From the NCBI RefSeq assembly GCF_003704095.1, contig NW_020845874.1, forward strand, positions 248,001 to 312,000: DNA of 64,000 nucleotides. Direction: 5' to 3'. Positions 13,785-28,300 of this stretch are shown piece by piece. The position numbers and the translations under genes were made by a program. Numbering within the stretch: the stretch's first letter is position 1; the number at the start of each line of letters is the position of its first letter. Source of the stretch: Pocillopora damicornis. Its lineage: Eukaryota. Below the pieces are notes generated by a model that had not been told where the DNA came from, made no database searches, and saw only the letters and a program-made list of their open reading frames with translations.

Positions 13785-15032
13785 AGACTGAAAGTCGATA
13801 AAAGATGCATGGTGAAGGGCGTAATCGGTTGTTATGGTAACGGGGGTTTAAAAGTTGTCATCCGTTGAATTTTTGCTGCCGATTTTCAACGTGGTGAATA
13901 CATTTTCAATGAGTGTGGATGGTTTTCGTAGAATCCAAAATTACGTGGACACATGAAAACTCTGACCGTCCCCTAACATTAAGAGCTTGAAAATTGCAAT
14001 TACTAAAATAAAAGTATCGTACTTCTTTATCGGAAGCGCTCATTTGTGTGAAAACCAACATACATCGAAGCCCTAGGACTGACGAATGAATGAGGTTTTT
14101 GTTCTTGCAAGCTTTTTCCCGCATCATTGAATCCTTCCCAACTCCGCCGGAAGTCTATTTCCCTTTCCGCTTGTCAGTTTATTAGACACGTTTATGTTCA
14201 AACTGTCCAGCTACGTGAACTGAAAATTAACTTGGTAAACAGATAACGGGTCGTAACCTAGAGAAAAGATAACGAGAAACGGAAGATGTAGAATCTCTAA
14301 CATAGGTAATTCCTCTGTTGGAGGTTGTTACCTTAAAGACAACCCGCTCCCCATTTTCCATTTGTCCGGTTGGAAACGTGTTAAAAATACAGTGAAACAT
14401 AAAACTGCGGCTCACCGCAGCTCTTGATATCCTGGCATCTGGCATCGTTTTTGTATAACACCCTGAGTTACGTGTTATTAATACCAATACAACAGCAAAG
14501 GTCATCCTAAAATTTCAAGAGCGGTTCACAATCTGTCTCGAAGCTGACATCAAACTAGTTATCTGGAAACTCAAAGATAGTTGCTAAGAGTGTGAGGTCA
14601 CTGTCCAGGTGTGTATGTATCTTTAACGTCGTTAACATATAAGCATTTGGTGGTGATTTATTAAGACAAACTCGACTGGTTCTATACACAATAGAAAGCG
14701 CCGTCCAACAGTTTGTTACTGAACCTAGTTTATCTCAGCTCCAACTCTTTTCACGTCACTTTCGTTTAGCAAATGTCGGTTATATAGATCTGAGTTAGAA
14801 TTCTAGTCAGGTGAACCAGAAATTGTCATTATCGATTCACTGACGCTAATTTCAGAATGACGTGTTGGGCAATGTCCGGCTTCAACTTGCTTTTAGTATT
14901 AGCTTTTCGTCAGACTGGTGAAACAAAGCGTGAAACTTCCAACTGAAATTACATATCCCGTCCTGAAGCTGCTGGTGAAACTATCCATCTGATACTGCAT
15001 GGAACCTCCAGATTAAAGGTATCTCGATATCA

Positions 15033-15245
15033 TTAACCCTTTGCTCCGTAAGAGTGGTCAGCATCTAATTTCTCCTTACAATATCACTACCGAATCACGC
15101 TTTAAGGTCATGAGAATAAAGGAAATGATCAACAACTTAGGAAGGTCTTGATTGTTGAACAAAATCTCCTTATCTGCACCTCAGGAAATGTGTAAATAAC
15201 AGTATGGAGAATATGCTTGATGATGTTAGGGCGTCAGGGATTTAA
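15033..15245. mobile_element. ~210-bp TTAA/CCCT...AGGG (piggyBac-like) MITE
   Basis: Starts TTAACCCTTT and ends GGGATTTAA. Internal TCTCCTTACAATATC, GAATAAAGGAAATGATC and GGAGAATATGC recur in other copies at ~25983-26310, 27070-27184 and 48609-48820. Confidence 0.7.
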
Positions 15246-18200
15246 GATGACTCTTCCATTTTCTTTTGATAAAAGCTTCACCGAATTGTTAATCGTTTCC
15301 GACATCTTCATACCTAAGAACCTCCGCTAATTTTTAAGGGTCGGTTATTTACACAAAGTCTAACCCAAACCACGGTTTTACGCAATCAATGGGCCTTAGG
15401 CTCTCTTTATAAGAGGGCTGATTTAATCACATAATTGTTCTTGGCACTGTTGGCTTTCGGCCCTCTTGGCACTTTTTACATAAATAAATGTTCAGGTAAA
15501 AGATTCCGCTAAATTGAGGATTGGTTAGGACGTAGTTTTGTTGAATGATAATCTCATCAAAGCGACAACGGAGATGAAAGAAACTTACTCAAAAATGTCT
15601 ACACTTCAAATCGTTCACGCATGTAGAATTCCTTACTTGCGTATCACCGTTTACTGAGTATTTAATATGAATTTTTAAATTACGGTATATTTCCGAAAAA
15701 TGGGTGGCGTAGACAATAGTGAAAAAAAGATGATCAGACTACATCTTCGAAAATCATTTCATCTCCCAGTGGCACAGATGAATAACATTTTCAGTAAATT
15801 AATTCGAACAATAACCACGTGGAATATTACAGCCTCGATAGTGGGTTCCACCCACGACTGGTCTTCCTTTCAAGGTTTGGAACTTGCATATTTGTTTTCG
15901 CGATGGAAGATTCATGGAAATTTCACCTTTCTTCTTATGTAAGTTATGCGTACATATCACGTGAATAGGACGAAATTAGAAAAAGGAGTTCTCTAGAGTA
16001 TCATCACATGACGCTCAATAGGAAAACAAAACATACAATCTAAAGAGGTCTGTTATGAGTAAAAGTATACTCAAAGCGTTGAGATCGAAGGAATATCCAC
16101 TTAAAAAACAACAAGAGGGTGGGTGAGGCTCAGATAGTGTTATGCAAAACAAACGACGTAATTGTGCCTAACAGTTATCAGGAGAGCAAAAGAAAAGATC
16201 CTCACTTGAGAATTTTCACGTGAAAACTACTCTCTTGCGAGGCTGGTCTTTCTATGATGTCACGTCACGGTCACGCCCAGCGCAAGTGCTTCATTATTTG
16301 TCATCAACTAACTTAATTTGGGAACGTGAATCACACATAAATTCTATTGTTTATTTTCGACCTCATCGCTCCTTTTTTCTTTGTAGTTTGATCTAAATTA
16401 CGCTTCGTGATTTCTTTAGTGTTTCTTTTGTGTGGCGACAGAAATTCGACAAAAGTGGATCGTTCGTTCAGCAACACGCCATCTGGCATGAATGAACAAA
16501 CCTGGTCCATTAAAATTCATGAGGCTCAGTTTAACCAATATGCCACCAGCCCTCACGTGCCCCCCTACTTCGCGAATGGAGGGAAATGGATCTCCAAGTA
16601 GGGTGCACATGAAAGAGAAAGAAAAAAGTTCATCACAAAAATAATCAAGTAAAATTGTGTCGGGTTTAGCTTACGAAAATGTTTTAGCATATGCTAAAAC
16701 ACAGACGTTGGATTCTGAACGATAGACGATAGACATAAAACAATAGACGAAAAGCCCATTTTAAGGTCACAATTGTCACACAATCTTCATTATTGGACAT
16801 TGCATCATAAAACAGACTCTGGTTTTTCATTTGGAAATGAAGATCGTGCAACAAATTTGACACGGGCATATTGTTCATCGTCTATCTTCCAGAATACATC
16901 ACCTGTGTTTTGGCAAATGCCAATGTGTCGAGCTTGTATGTTTGTTTTATAATCAAATCTAATTTAATCCTTGCCATCCGTTAATCCATTCTAATAAATC
17001 ACCGACAGGGGTCAAGTCAGTTGTCCAACGAAACGGATCCGTCAAAATGCGTGACAGTTTAAATACCTAAAACACCTTTGTCCTGGGATATCACTTCATC
17101 AATAGTCCATCAAAATGAAAAGCAATAATCAAAAATTATATCTTGACCTTAGGTCTCGCAGACCTGGTCATGCAGCTACAATCTTTTTAACGAGGTTAAT
17201 CATGACGTTTGTGGAAAACGGCAAATAGTTATATTGAACTTGTCGCTGTCTGCTGTCAGCCATTTCTGCACTGTGAAGAGAAATATTTGCAATAGCTTTG
17301 AACGAGAGATTTTTGTTATTTTTTTTACAGGGCTGTTTTATAGATTAGAGGAAAGGTGAGTGAAATTCATTTTTGCTATTAGCGTCATGTTTAGTCCGGT
17401 TACCGTGCCTGCCGACATTTGCAAATACAGTTAGTTGTGCCATATTCTAGCCGAGAAAAATTATAATTGTTACCATGAGACTTAGACCTGCTAAAGGTAA
17501 ATTTGACACTTATACTGTAAATTATCTTAACAAAATCTTCAACACTGCACTACAACAGACCACTCTTAAAAACGGCAAGCTATGTACAATTCTATTATAT
17601 GAATGTAAATAAACCTTCTAAACCAAAACAACTATCAAAAGAAACGTTAAGAAGGTTTATTGACATGCAAATTACAGAATGATGGTTGCGCCCGCTGTCT
17701 ATGTGAGCGTCCTTATACTCATTGGTAAGAGAAGGATTTTCTGTATTTCAAAACTCCAAAATGATACGTACATCATATCACAACACAGGTAATATGATTG
17801 CCTCCAGAAGAAACCTAGCTTTGCCTAATTCATCTTTTTTTAGCGTATAATCCAACTATGCGAATATTCATGCGGTCACTTTGATTTAACTGCCTCGAAA
17901 TATAACTCAGTGAATTTCGCTATCTAGTCAAAGTGCTTGGATATGACATTGGAGCGGTCGAACCAGCACCTCTAAAGTAAAACATTATTCTTATGGGTAA
18001 ATGTTTTCCTGTAAATAAGCGTTACCCATGAAAAACCTACCACTGACACTATTTTTTCTCTTAACAATTTATCTTTGAACGGTAAATTAGTAATAATGTC
18101 AAGCTGGCATGCTTATGAAGGGACCTTCACATATTCCGCTCTAAAGTGGAAAGTACTTTCGGTTTACATAAATTAGATGCATACTAGTATTACGTTCTCA

Positions 18201-21200
18201 TCCATTGCAAGAGCCGTTATGACTCCAGCAGTCATTCAGACAGATGCCATTTCACCGATTAAACAGCTCAAAATAAAAAAAAAAGAGCAAGCAAACAATC
18301 CCTCTTAGGTTAATCTCTAAGGTAACCGACAACCACTAAAAAGATGAACACCAGAGAAATCTTCATCAAAGGAAAGACACTTGGAACTATAAAGTAGTCA
18401 ATCAACTTAGAGTATGAGACTAAAAAAAATTAGAGGAAATCCTTCTAACCACCATTTACCGCCGCTAATCGCGATGACCAAGAAACAAAATCTCGACCTC
18501 TACACTTTGCTCGTGACGTCGTATGAAAACATTTTCATCACATACATGGCAAACAAACTTAAAACTTTTACGTTTTGTTATATATGATTAAATAAATGAG
18601 GGTGCAGTATGCTACAGGTTGGCTTTATAATTCTCATTATCTTGGTTACGCATATGTCTTTGGCTTTCGAATGGACGAATATCAAAGTATAATAACAAAG
18701 GTGTCAAAAAGTTTAAATATTCCACGAGGTCTAAGACAATAAGCTTCAACTAATGAAGTTTTTATCATTTTTGTTTCATATTCAGAAAAGGCATGGCGGA
18801 ATACAGTATTTCATAAAGAAAATGACACCATTTCTGTCCGAAAGCGAAATTTCATTTCAACCCGTTGAGATATTGCGCAAGAGGAATTTCCCTTTACTCT
18901 TTTGTGGTTTGAAAATTTTGCAACAGTTTCCCTGATTATGTTGCACCGAAGCAGGTGTTTTTGGCCATTTAATTTATTTAGAGCCTCGCTTGGCATGTTT
19001 CATTTGTCACTGAGCGGAAAACTCGGGGAAAATTTGAAATTCTCAATTTTCTAAATTTCTTGTTGCCGTAAAGCGTGCGTTTTAAAGGCACTTTTCAAGG
19101 ACTTATAGTCGCCCTTCGATAAACGAAAACCCATAATATTGGCAGAACTTCGCGTATATTGCAATAACTCACGTCGACAAATTATGGACAAGATTTAAGA
19201 GATATGTTTTGTCAAGTATATGAAGAGTGGCGTGGCGCCAACGGTATTAGGCCTTTAGCAAAACCGATATTGTTAATCATAGGGCGGTCACGCACTATTT
19301 CAGAAACTAGATCAACTGGTTTAATTAAAACTAGAATCTTGTTTGACTTGATTACGTAGGCGTGAAAGGAATGTTGCGAATGGTATTGTTTCACACGCGC
19401 GCGTGGTCTTTGAAAAGGACTTTGGGTTTATACTCTGCTCTCACGTGAAAGTAGGTCCAAGAAGGTTTACTTTGCAGGTTGCATTGCCAGGACACATGTA
19501 CTTGGGAAGTTCGAATGAATTCTACGTGTTTTCTGAAGCGCAAAAAGACTTGAAATTTTTGTCAACGTGAGAAGGTAAATATCATAAAAGCAATGGCTTA
19601 GTGATTTTGCAATTCAAATGATGGCTTTATTAATCACAGCCATGACTGGTCAGTCATCGTTGACTCTAGTAAAATTTTAGTGCTGTTGAGCACTCAACAT
19701 TCTCGAGAGAAAAACTTGCCCGTAACTGTGATCATGAGGCCAAACGTTTGAGGCAGTAGTTGGGGACGATTTTGCCATGTAGTTTGTCTTCTTTGTTTCG
19801 ATTCTATTCACGTTAGAACAAGAGAAAACGCAAAACAATCAAAAGAAGTAGACCCCGATAATGCGAAGCGAAATACAGAATCAAATTGTCAGTCGTAGTT
19901 GTTATCGATGAAATATCTAGCTAGCGGCGACTTGTTTCGTAGATCTTTCATTTGTTTCATTGCCTTGACAGATGCTAGCCGGTGGCAACCGTAATGAATT
20001 TTAAAAATCTCGAAGACTTGCTTTTGTTTTCTCGCCAAATATTATTCACCCCTCGGCAAGTACATATTAGGAATATTTAGCATTTCATTCTCTACTTTGG
20101 AATATGGTAACCATCTTCCCAGGCACAACCGTAACTAACAACAAAATAAGAGACACGCTTGAGTTGTGACACTTTAATGAAAGTGGCCTCAGTTAACCCG
20201 AGTTTACTGTATTATCGAACGAAATATGCGCGATTATAACCCAACGCCGGGCTTTAAGATGGTCCATAACGCTTTCTCTCGGGTGATATTGCCTTTCGTT
20301 GATATGGTATTACAAAACAAACCCAAGTGCTAATACTTTTGACAGTCCTGTGCTCAATATGGCGCTGACATTTACGGCCTGATCCATTGGTGTAGCGGAA
20401 ATTGTTTCCTCGTAAACGAGTCACTGTTGACATCTGTCAGCCCGGGTGTGCCAGAGTGTTCTATGACGTCGTTTTTTTCTTGTTGTCCGTAATTGTTCGC
20501 GTCAGGGTGTCCAATTGAATTGATATTTTTTTGGAAGAAAGAATTAAAGCCATGAATCTGTAATTATGATGAGAAAAACAAAATTAATTTGTTTCGCCTC
20601 GTGAATTTTTCGATCCCTTGAGGACTGAGTGATTGCGACACGATATCGATCGCATGTCCACCGGTAATAAAATGGAATTTTCGAGAAGAAATTTGACTGG
20701 AGACAAAATATTTTAAGTCTCTAGCCTAGCAGTAACAACCAAGAACATGTTTGGTTCACACAAAAAATTAAAAATATCAGAGCAATACTTCACAAAATGC
20801 GTTGGTTTAAGCCTTTGTTTTGGAAAGGAAATTTCATGAACTAGCAGCATAGGAAATTACGCCATAGATAAATACGTATAAAAAATGAAGCACTCGACCC
20901 CCTTTGATTTCACGCTACATTAACTCCACTGTCGGTAGCGTGTGTAATTTGATTCAACTCTAAACTGCCTGTGGCTTAGTAATATTACTGAAGTGGTGCT
21001 ATACTGTAGTCTGGTACCAGGTACAGAGATGTTTAGTGTCAAAGGGTGCATAACCGTAGTATGACTAGCGCAAACATGCTTAGGCCCGCGTTTTGGACTT
21101 CGTTATGGGATTAACAACACGACTGAAATATTAGTCTTCGAACCTAATGATGATGTACGGACACAAATTATTTTTGAAATAAATCGAATATGACCTGTGC

Positions 21201-24200
21201 ATGTTGTTAGAAAAATGACGAACTTGTTCTCACAAGTGCACCGAAAACATAGCAATTTCAAAAAGCTTGAAAATATATTTCTGGTATCGACGGGGCATGA
21301 ACTCGTGCCATCCGGATACCGGTGTTAGCGCTTCTATCAACTAAGCTATGAGGCCAGAAACCTGCGTGAAATCCATCGATTGATTCTTCTTTCACAAAGA
21401 GAAACAATGACGATAACCACAAAATGGAAAATCCTTGCGGTTTTTCGGCAGCTTTTCGAGGGTCTATTTGTTTACTCTTTTTCCCGAACACATCAAAGAA
21501 ATATAAAGCTTGAATGTGTCGTTTTCTGTTTGGCATGCCAACCGGAATGAATACAATTATTTCAAGTTTGTTAATTCAATTTTTGAAATATGCGAACACA
21601 CCATAGTAACCTGAGATAAATGATACGGAGAGAGGTTTATCCGGTGGTTTGGACTGGACGCACAGTTGTAAGGTGCTTTCAGTTTGATTTGCCATATTTC
21701 ATTGAATTTCCGGTTGTACTAATACAGTTGAAGACACCTTTGATCCCCTGCATAGGGCTTAATTTGGTCTACTTTGCCGAATCCCGGAAACCATATGGAA
21801 TCACAACTATTTTCAATGAATTCCATCAATATTTTAATATTTATCGTTTTACATTTACAGAGGTAGTTAGTCCATTGCATTGATACATTTGGATAAAGAC
21901 AACCTTCAGTCGACACGAGAGTTTCCGTTCAAGGCGTGCTTATCATTAGATAGAGATCATTCTTACGAAGATCCAAGGGGATACGTACTTTAAATCTGTT
22001 TAAAATGCATAATTCGAGTCAAGTGCTTTCACAATATTTTGAAACACACGAAGGAGATGCAGTAATTGATAATAAAAATGTTTTGGCCATTTGTTTCTTT
22101 CGAAGACCATTTAAAAACCAACGGTACACTGAGTTGAATCGCGACTGAATCTTAACTGTTCGGGAAAATCATGCCATCCCTACGAAAACAACAAATGAGA
22201 TACTTTCCCCTTTCGCCGACCAAAAGGGTAAAACGAAATATTAATTCGTAGAGTATCGCTTCTCTCTGTCTCTATGGAAACCTCTCGTTTGTTTGTGGAA
22301 TTTAAAACTGGTTTTGCAAGTTCCAAGAACTTGTTTCGACAGTAAGTCACACTGTACTTCATTCAGTTATTTATTTATTTATTTTTTTATAGAATAAAAG
22401 AAAATGTGAACACGAATTCCCAAGTGGGCTTACAGATCGTTTGAAACGTGAAAGAAAACTAGAAATAACGACAAAGGCATTTACCAATGTTTAATAGGTA
22501 GATTTCTCAAAGTTTTAAGCCCTAGCGATTGTCCACCTAGACATTGTAAGAAGTATCACCTCAATTTACATTCCCTCTGACAAAAAACGATAGAAATACA
22601 TTATGCTAATTCTGCAATGGCCAAGAAATGGAAAGAAAGGCGCGCTGCGGGTAGTCCTCGATACTCAGGCGAAATTTACACAAATTTCGAAAAATATGTA
22701 AAAATCTTCTTCATTCTAAATAATCACTTAAATGAGCTTTTTCCAAATCCTGTGACTCACTAGCAGTGTCTTTCCGTATTTTCTTTCGTCTTGCTTTCGT
22801 CTTGCTTTCGTCTTGCCATTTCAACAATATCTTGTAATCTAAAGATACATTCCAGTCCATACTCTTGTGTAGGAGATCCGAAGAATTAGCTTTAAGTATT
22901 TAATGTCGTAATCTTTAATTAGTATTCATCTCTTATAATTTTTTCCTTCTTGGTTTTTCATTACTTTTTTGGTGATTTTTTTTCTCTCTGTGATTGGAGG
23001 CAGAATTCATGGAGTCGACATTTGCTCCACACGGATCTCTATCTGGTTTCTTTTTTAAGATTCATTCTTCTATAGAAGTCACATGAACGTTTTAAAAGGA
23101 ACCTTGAGCCTGCATCGACACCGCTCCGGGAAATTCAAGTGCCCAGTTCATGTTCTTAAAGAGTCATACATTCCTTTCTGATTTTGCAGCATTTATGACT
23201 AGTGCTTATCTTAAATCGTGTAAACCTCTTAGTGGTGTTACAGAATTTGACCAAATCATGATAAAAGTATAAAACGATAAATATTTATGTAAATCGCAAA
23301 TTTGAGCCCCAGCCGCGGAGAAAAATTGACTAAAAAATTCCAAACCAGTCCGTTTTTTATCAGTAGTCACGATGGCTTTTATGATTTGCAGCAAATTTTG
23401 TTATGATGTGAAGAGTCAGGCACATCTCGCATGATTCTACCACTGTCACGCGACTCTGCTATTGTTAACTCGTCCGTGATTATATGACTCGCCGAACTTG
23501 AAACATTTCTTTAATGTTAAGTATGCGATTCTGGCGGCCTAATTAAAGAGCTGCGTCGCTGTATATAATGTGTTATTTTTGCGATGCACAGTGGCACTTC
23601 AGCTTAAATTTTAAATAATAAGCTTTATGAGTCACGGCGTAATAACACACAGACTTGGGAACAAGTTGTTGGAGGTGGAGAGGGAAAAGACAGAACGAAA
23701 ATGACGAACTTGAAAAGTGTAAAGGTAAATTTTTTATTACACACGAACCGTGACGTGTTTTATTAACTGTCGTTTATTTCTTTCAATTTCGTTGTAATTT
23801 TTCTCGAAGTTAAATACTAGCCAAAAGCGCGTGGTTTTATTTATGACCTCATAAAAATACATAAAGGAAAAACCGAAAAATCACGAGCGAGTCATGGCTT
23901 AAAATATTGACTGCTGCTAAACACAACTCTAATGGGTCATGACCACATCCTGTGACAAGAATGTATAGTGTTACCGCAAAGGAAGACGACGGAAACAGAG
24001 CGAAACATCTGCTTCCATCAGTTGACAGTGAGAAGAAAATATATTGGATACGTCACTGCTCCGCCGCCTACTTCCATGTCTATGTCGTGGTTCAATTACA
24101 GCCTTCGTTTGAATATGTTGCTTGTTTACCATATGAAAGCATGACGTTTTCAGTACAATGCGAAAGGGAACAAGTGTACTTCCCTTCGTCTGCCTTTACC

Positions 24201-24934
24201 TGTTGGTTTGCTTTAGTGAAAATGTTGTAAAATATATTTTCTATTGTCTTTTTAAGGTAATTTATGGATTACGTTAAAGATTATCGCCGTAAAAGTCATG
24301 CCTGAGCGCTTACTATCATGGTATATTGACTAACCCCCTACCCTCCCCTAGACGCGAAAATGAGAGACACGATCTAATGAGCGAGATTTGAGCGTACAAT
24401 CACGAGTTGAGCGCCGGTATCAAAATCACTGTCAATTACCGTGCAAGTAGGATATTATGAATTGCATTTCAATCCCTAGTCCTTTCCATATCTCCTTTGA
24501 TGTCAAAGAAAATAGATTTCTTTTTCATTCCATTTGTAAATTGTGTCACTTGTAGTCATTCTACTTAATCTGATACATAGAAGACTAAAGCCGTCGACAA
24601 AAACATCGACATTTCTTTCATTGCATTCCTTGTATCTTTTTAAGAGCATTCGGTAGAGCGCTCGGCCGGTTGCTGCCGAGAAGACTGGAGTTTAAGCCTC
24701 TTAGAAGATTTAATTACTTTTCAGACTTTTCTTTCTGCCATACATATTACTTTTTTTGCACTTTGTATAAGAACAGACATTCGTCACTCGTCATGTCATT
24801 CGTGATTTACTTTAAATTTTTTCTTTGTAGTCATGCCACGCAACGTCTAAAACACATGCCCTCGAGAGAGAGACTTTTACAGTCACTGGCTGCAACACAT
24901 CAGAAACTTTTTTGTTAACATATAAATTATTCTA

Positions 24935-24978
24935 AAGACCGCCTCTGAGAGACCGCCTCTGAAAGACCGCCTCTGAGA
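24935..24978 (+). repeat. Tandem repeat, 3 x AGACCGCCTCTGA(G/A)
   Basis: Direct reading of the sequence. Confidence 0.85.
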
Positions 24979-25376
24979 AAATAAAAAAGTAACAAAAACT
25001 ATAAACCTCTTTTCAAAGAATAGCTTTTAGCTAACACAAAAAGAATCCTTCAAAGACAACTGACGTTAGGGAAAATAATACAATACTTGTTTGTCGCGAA
25101 ACCGGTTTGTCTTGCGGCAGGTGTGGAGGCACAATTACCTCATTAAAAATTGAATGGAATTGTCTGATGGAGTTCCTTATTTGGGATGCTGTGGCACCAA
25201 TTTCAGAAGCAAAATGTCTCCACTATGTCTATCAAAATGTCTTCATTCGTAGCAAGGTCTTCCCTAACACTACTCAAAGGAAAATTTGAAGATGCATAGC
25301 AAGAGAAGTGATCTGATGATTTTAATTTAAGGTTAAAAATTTATGTTTAATTTGCTCATAGAAGCAGGAAACGAGG

Positions 25377-28300
25377 ATGGAAAGTTACGCAAGACCAAAC
25401 AAACGGAGGTAAAAGCCGAAGTATATTTTAAAATGATGTTACTTAACTCTAATTTTTCTTATATCTCCAATGATTCGACTGCTTTGATATTTCTTGCCTT
25501 TTTTGACGCTATAGTTGACACCACAGTGTCATTACTATTTACATTAGGCTCTTAAAATATTCCTTACTTTTTACAACTCGATATGCTAATTTATGTGAAA
25601 TTTATTTGTTGTTGTCAACTTCATAAAATCTGCATTAGTTCTCAAGTAGGTTTCTCAGAGTCTATGCAATCCGTTTCAATTAGAATTTTGCAACAAGCCT
25701 TCGACCCCTTGACCTGCTGGCCTATACCCCTTGGTCTCCTACGTCATAGGTTTGGGATTCTCCTACCTAACTGGTCAATCGCGGTCAAATAATCATGATT
25801 ACAGCAGCTATTAGCGACCGATGACAATACTAGCAAATGACAAACTGACTGCTGTTGGCTCAAGCTTCATGGACACGATAGTCTTAGAATAATGCAACCT
25901 TTTAATTTTTTTCTTTATAGAAAGCTCGATGAAGTCCACGACTTACCCGGTAGGTAACCTTACGAAGTTTGTCTAATCTTTCAACCCTAATGCACCTGAT
26001 GTCTCTTTACAATATCTCTCGCCGCCCCACCCTGAATCATAATTATATTGAAGTCACCAGGATAAAGGAAATGATGGCGAGCTTAAGGAGCTCTTGATTG
26101 TTTGGAAAACAATTTGTTAAACCTTTTACAGACTAACATCAGTATGCATATTCTCCTAACTGGTGCCTAAATAATTCACAAGGTGCTGACAAGGAGAATT
26201 TGTTTAAAAAACAAGAGCTTCTTCTGTAGGTGATCATTTCCTTTCTTCTCTTGAACTTGATATATGATTCTGGGGTGATGTTGTTAGGAGAAGTTAGATG
26301 CTAGTCACTCCAAGGGGGGTCGGAGGGTTTGGATGGGGGGGGAAGGGTACACTCGCTCCAATTTTACAGGTTAAAATCTCAAGTATTTATTAATTTTTTT
26401 GTTGTCTCACGGCGTTTTTCGAGAAATGATTATAAGACGAGAAAAAAAATTCTTGAATGGATCAAGCTGTAATTTTTCACAACGTCTTTACTCGCTGTGT
26501 TTTTGTCTTAGGACCAACAGAAAGCCAATATCCTCACGAGCCCAGCTCTCAGGTAACCTATGGAGAACGTAAAAGAAATATACCTCAAGACCTGATCGAC
26601 AAGTTGAACATCAGTTATGACGTCACGGAGAGATTACGGCGGCTAACGAAATTTTGTGGGAAAGCGGCTACCGCTGAGAAAATAGGAGGTGTTCTTACTG
26701 AAGGGGAAACGAATGATGGGTCAAACTACAACAGAGAGGAAATGACTAACGGGAATCACAACGAAGAAGACAAAGAAAGTGCAACTAAAGAAATCGGATG
26801 TAATAAATATGTAGATGGAGACTGCGAACGAGGTAAGGGTTGAAGAGAGAGTTAACCCTTTTTTTTTTTTTAACCGAGAAAAAAATTGTTGCTGATAGGG
26901 ATTCACTCGCATTACCTTCCGAAAAGAGCTAAAGAGCTTGATTAACCCTGAGCCACGCGAGAAACTTCTGAAATTGATTTTCACGCCTTATACGAGACTC
27001 GCACGTGATACCTTTCCTGCATGGTGCTTGCATCAGCAGAGTTAAAGTAGCCTGAGAGTAAAATTGAAGTACAGAAGAAGCTCTTGTTTTTTAAACAAAT
27101 TCTCATCGTCAGCACCTTGTGAACTGTTTAGGCACCAGTAAGGAGAATATGCATACTGATGTTAGTCTGTAAAAGGTTTAACAATGTGCAATGATACCGG
27201 TAGATATAAATCTTAGGCCTTTGTATTCCACAGACCATCTTTATATCAGATTCCTAGAGGATGGACTTAGTTTCGATAAACATTATACTCTGTAAACAAG
27301 AGCAAGACGTGCAAGTGACAAATACGAATACATACAAGTACATGCGGCTACATAAGAGTGACATACGAATACATATGGGTTAAAATTTACCATTTTTTCT
27401 CTTCATAATGCAACCGAACCGTCAGTGCAGGTTGCAATGACCTGTTTTTACAAACACTCACATGTATTTACTCGTACGTACCCGTATGTACTCGTGTGTC
27501 TCTCGTATGTAACTCGTATGTAACTCGTATGTCACTCGTATGTTACTCGTATTTCACTCGTATGTAACTCGTAGCGTCTGCGTGGAGTTTTCGTCACGAT
27601 CTTAAAAGTTTTTTCCTTTCAAAGGTTTACCACCACTTCAAAATATTATGAAAGGCACAGAAACTGCAGCCTTAGACAATGAAGATAAATTTAAGGATGC
27701 CGCCAATAATGTGGAACAGGCCGCTCCTGATGTTCTTATATTCAAACAGGTACAGTATATGACATGCTTGTGTTCATGAAAATACTTCTCGGTGAGGAAT
27801 CGATGATTAAATTTTCTAAGAGGGTAAATGTGTGCTCTTAAAAGGCTAGGTTACGACAAGTGTATGCGCATTTGGAACGGAAAAAATATTGGTGCCTTTT
27901 GCCGTCTGGTTTCGTACAATCCGTTAAATCCTGAGATTGGGCCACTGCGATAAGGTCTGAGATAGGATTCACGTCAAGGGTATATATTGGGTTTACTTTC
28001 TCCTGTAGATAGAGAATACTTCTTTGTTGATTATAATCTTTCTTTAGGTGTTGAAAGAAATTATCGAACAGCGCACAAAGGTTGTTGAAGAAAAAGTGGC
28101 GGAAAATTCACTGAAACTTCAAAATCGGATACGAGAGCTCGAGAGAGAAAACAGAGAACTACAGTGGACTGCAAGGAGAATATTTGCTGCTTTTCGACAA
28201 TTATTGATAGAGAATGAAAAAGTAAGTCTATTTCACCTGATTTACGTTCAAATGATATTTGCTTCGAATACCTACAATTTTCTTTTGAAGTTGCTCTAAA

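Noticed and set aside
13906-14505. Two minus-strand ORFs resembling a small secreted Cys-containing protein
   Set aside because: They cannot be joined without stops and match no family I recognise.
22750-23900. AP-1-like TGA(C/G)TCA sites and a possible 5' UTR donor (23724) upstream of ATF7IP
   Set aside because: Short motifs arise by chance and the TSS cannot be fixed from sequence. Another candidate donor exists at 19574.
27460-27575. Short repeat array as a possible CRISPR
   Set aside because: 10-11-bp tandem units without unique spacers, in a eukaryotic intron, with no cas genes.
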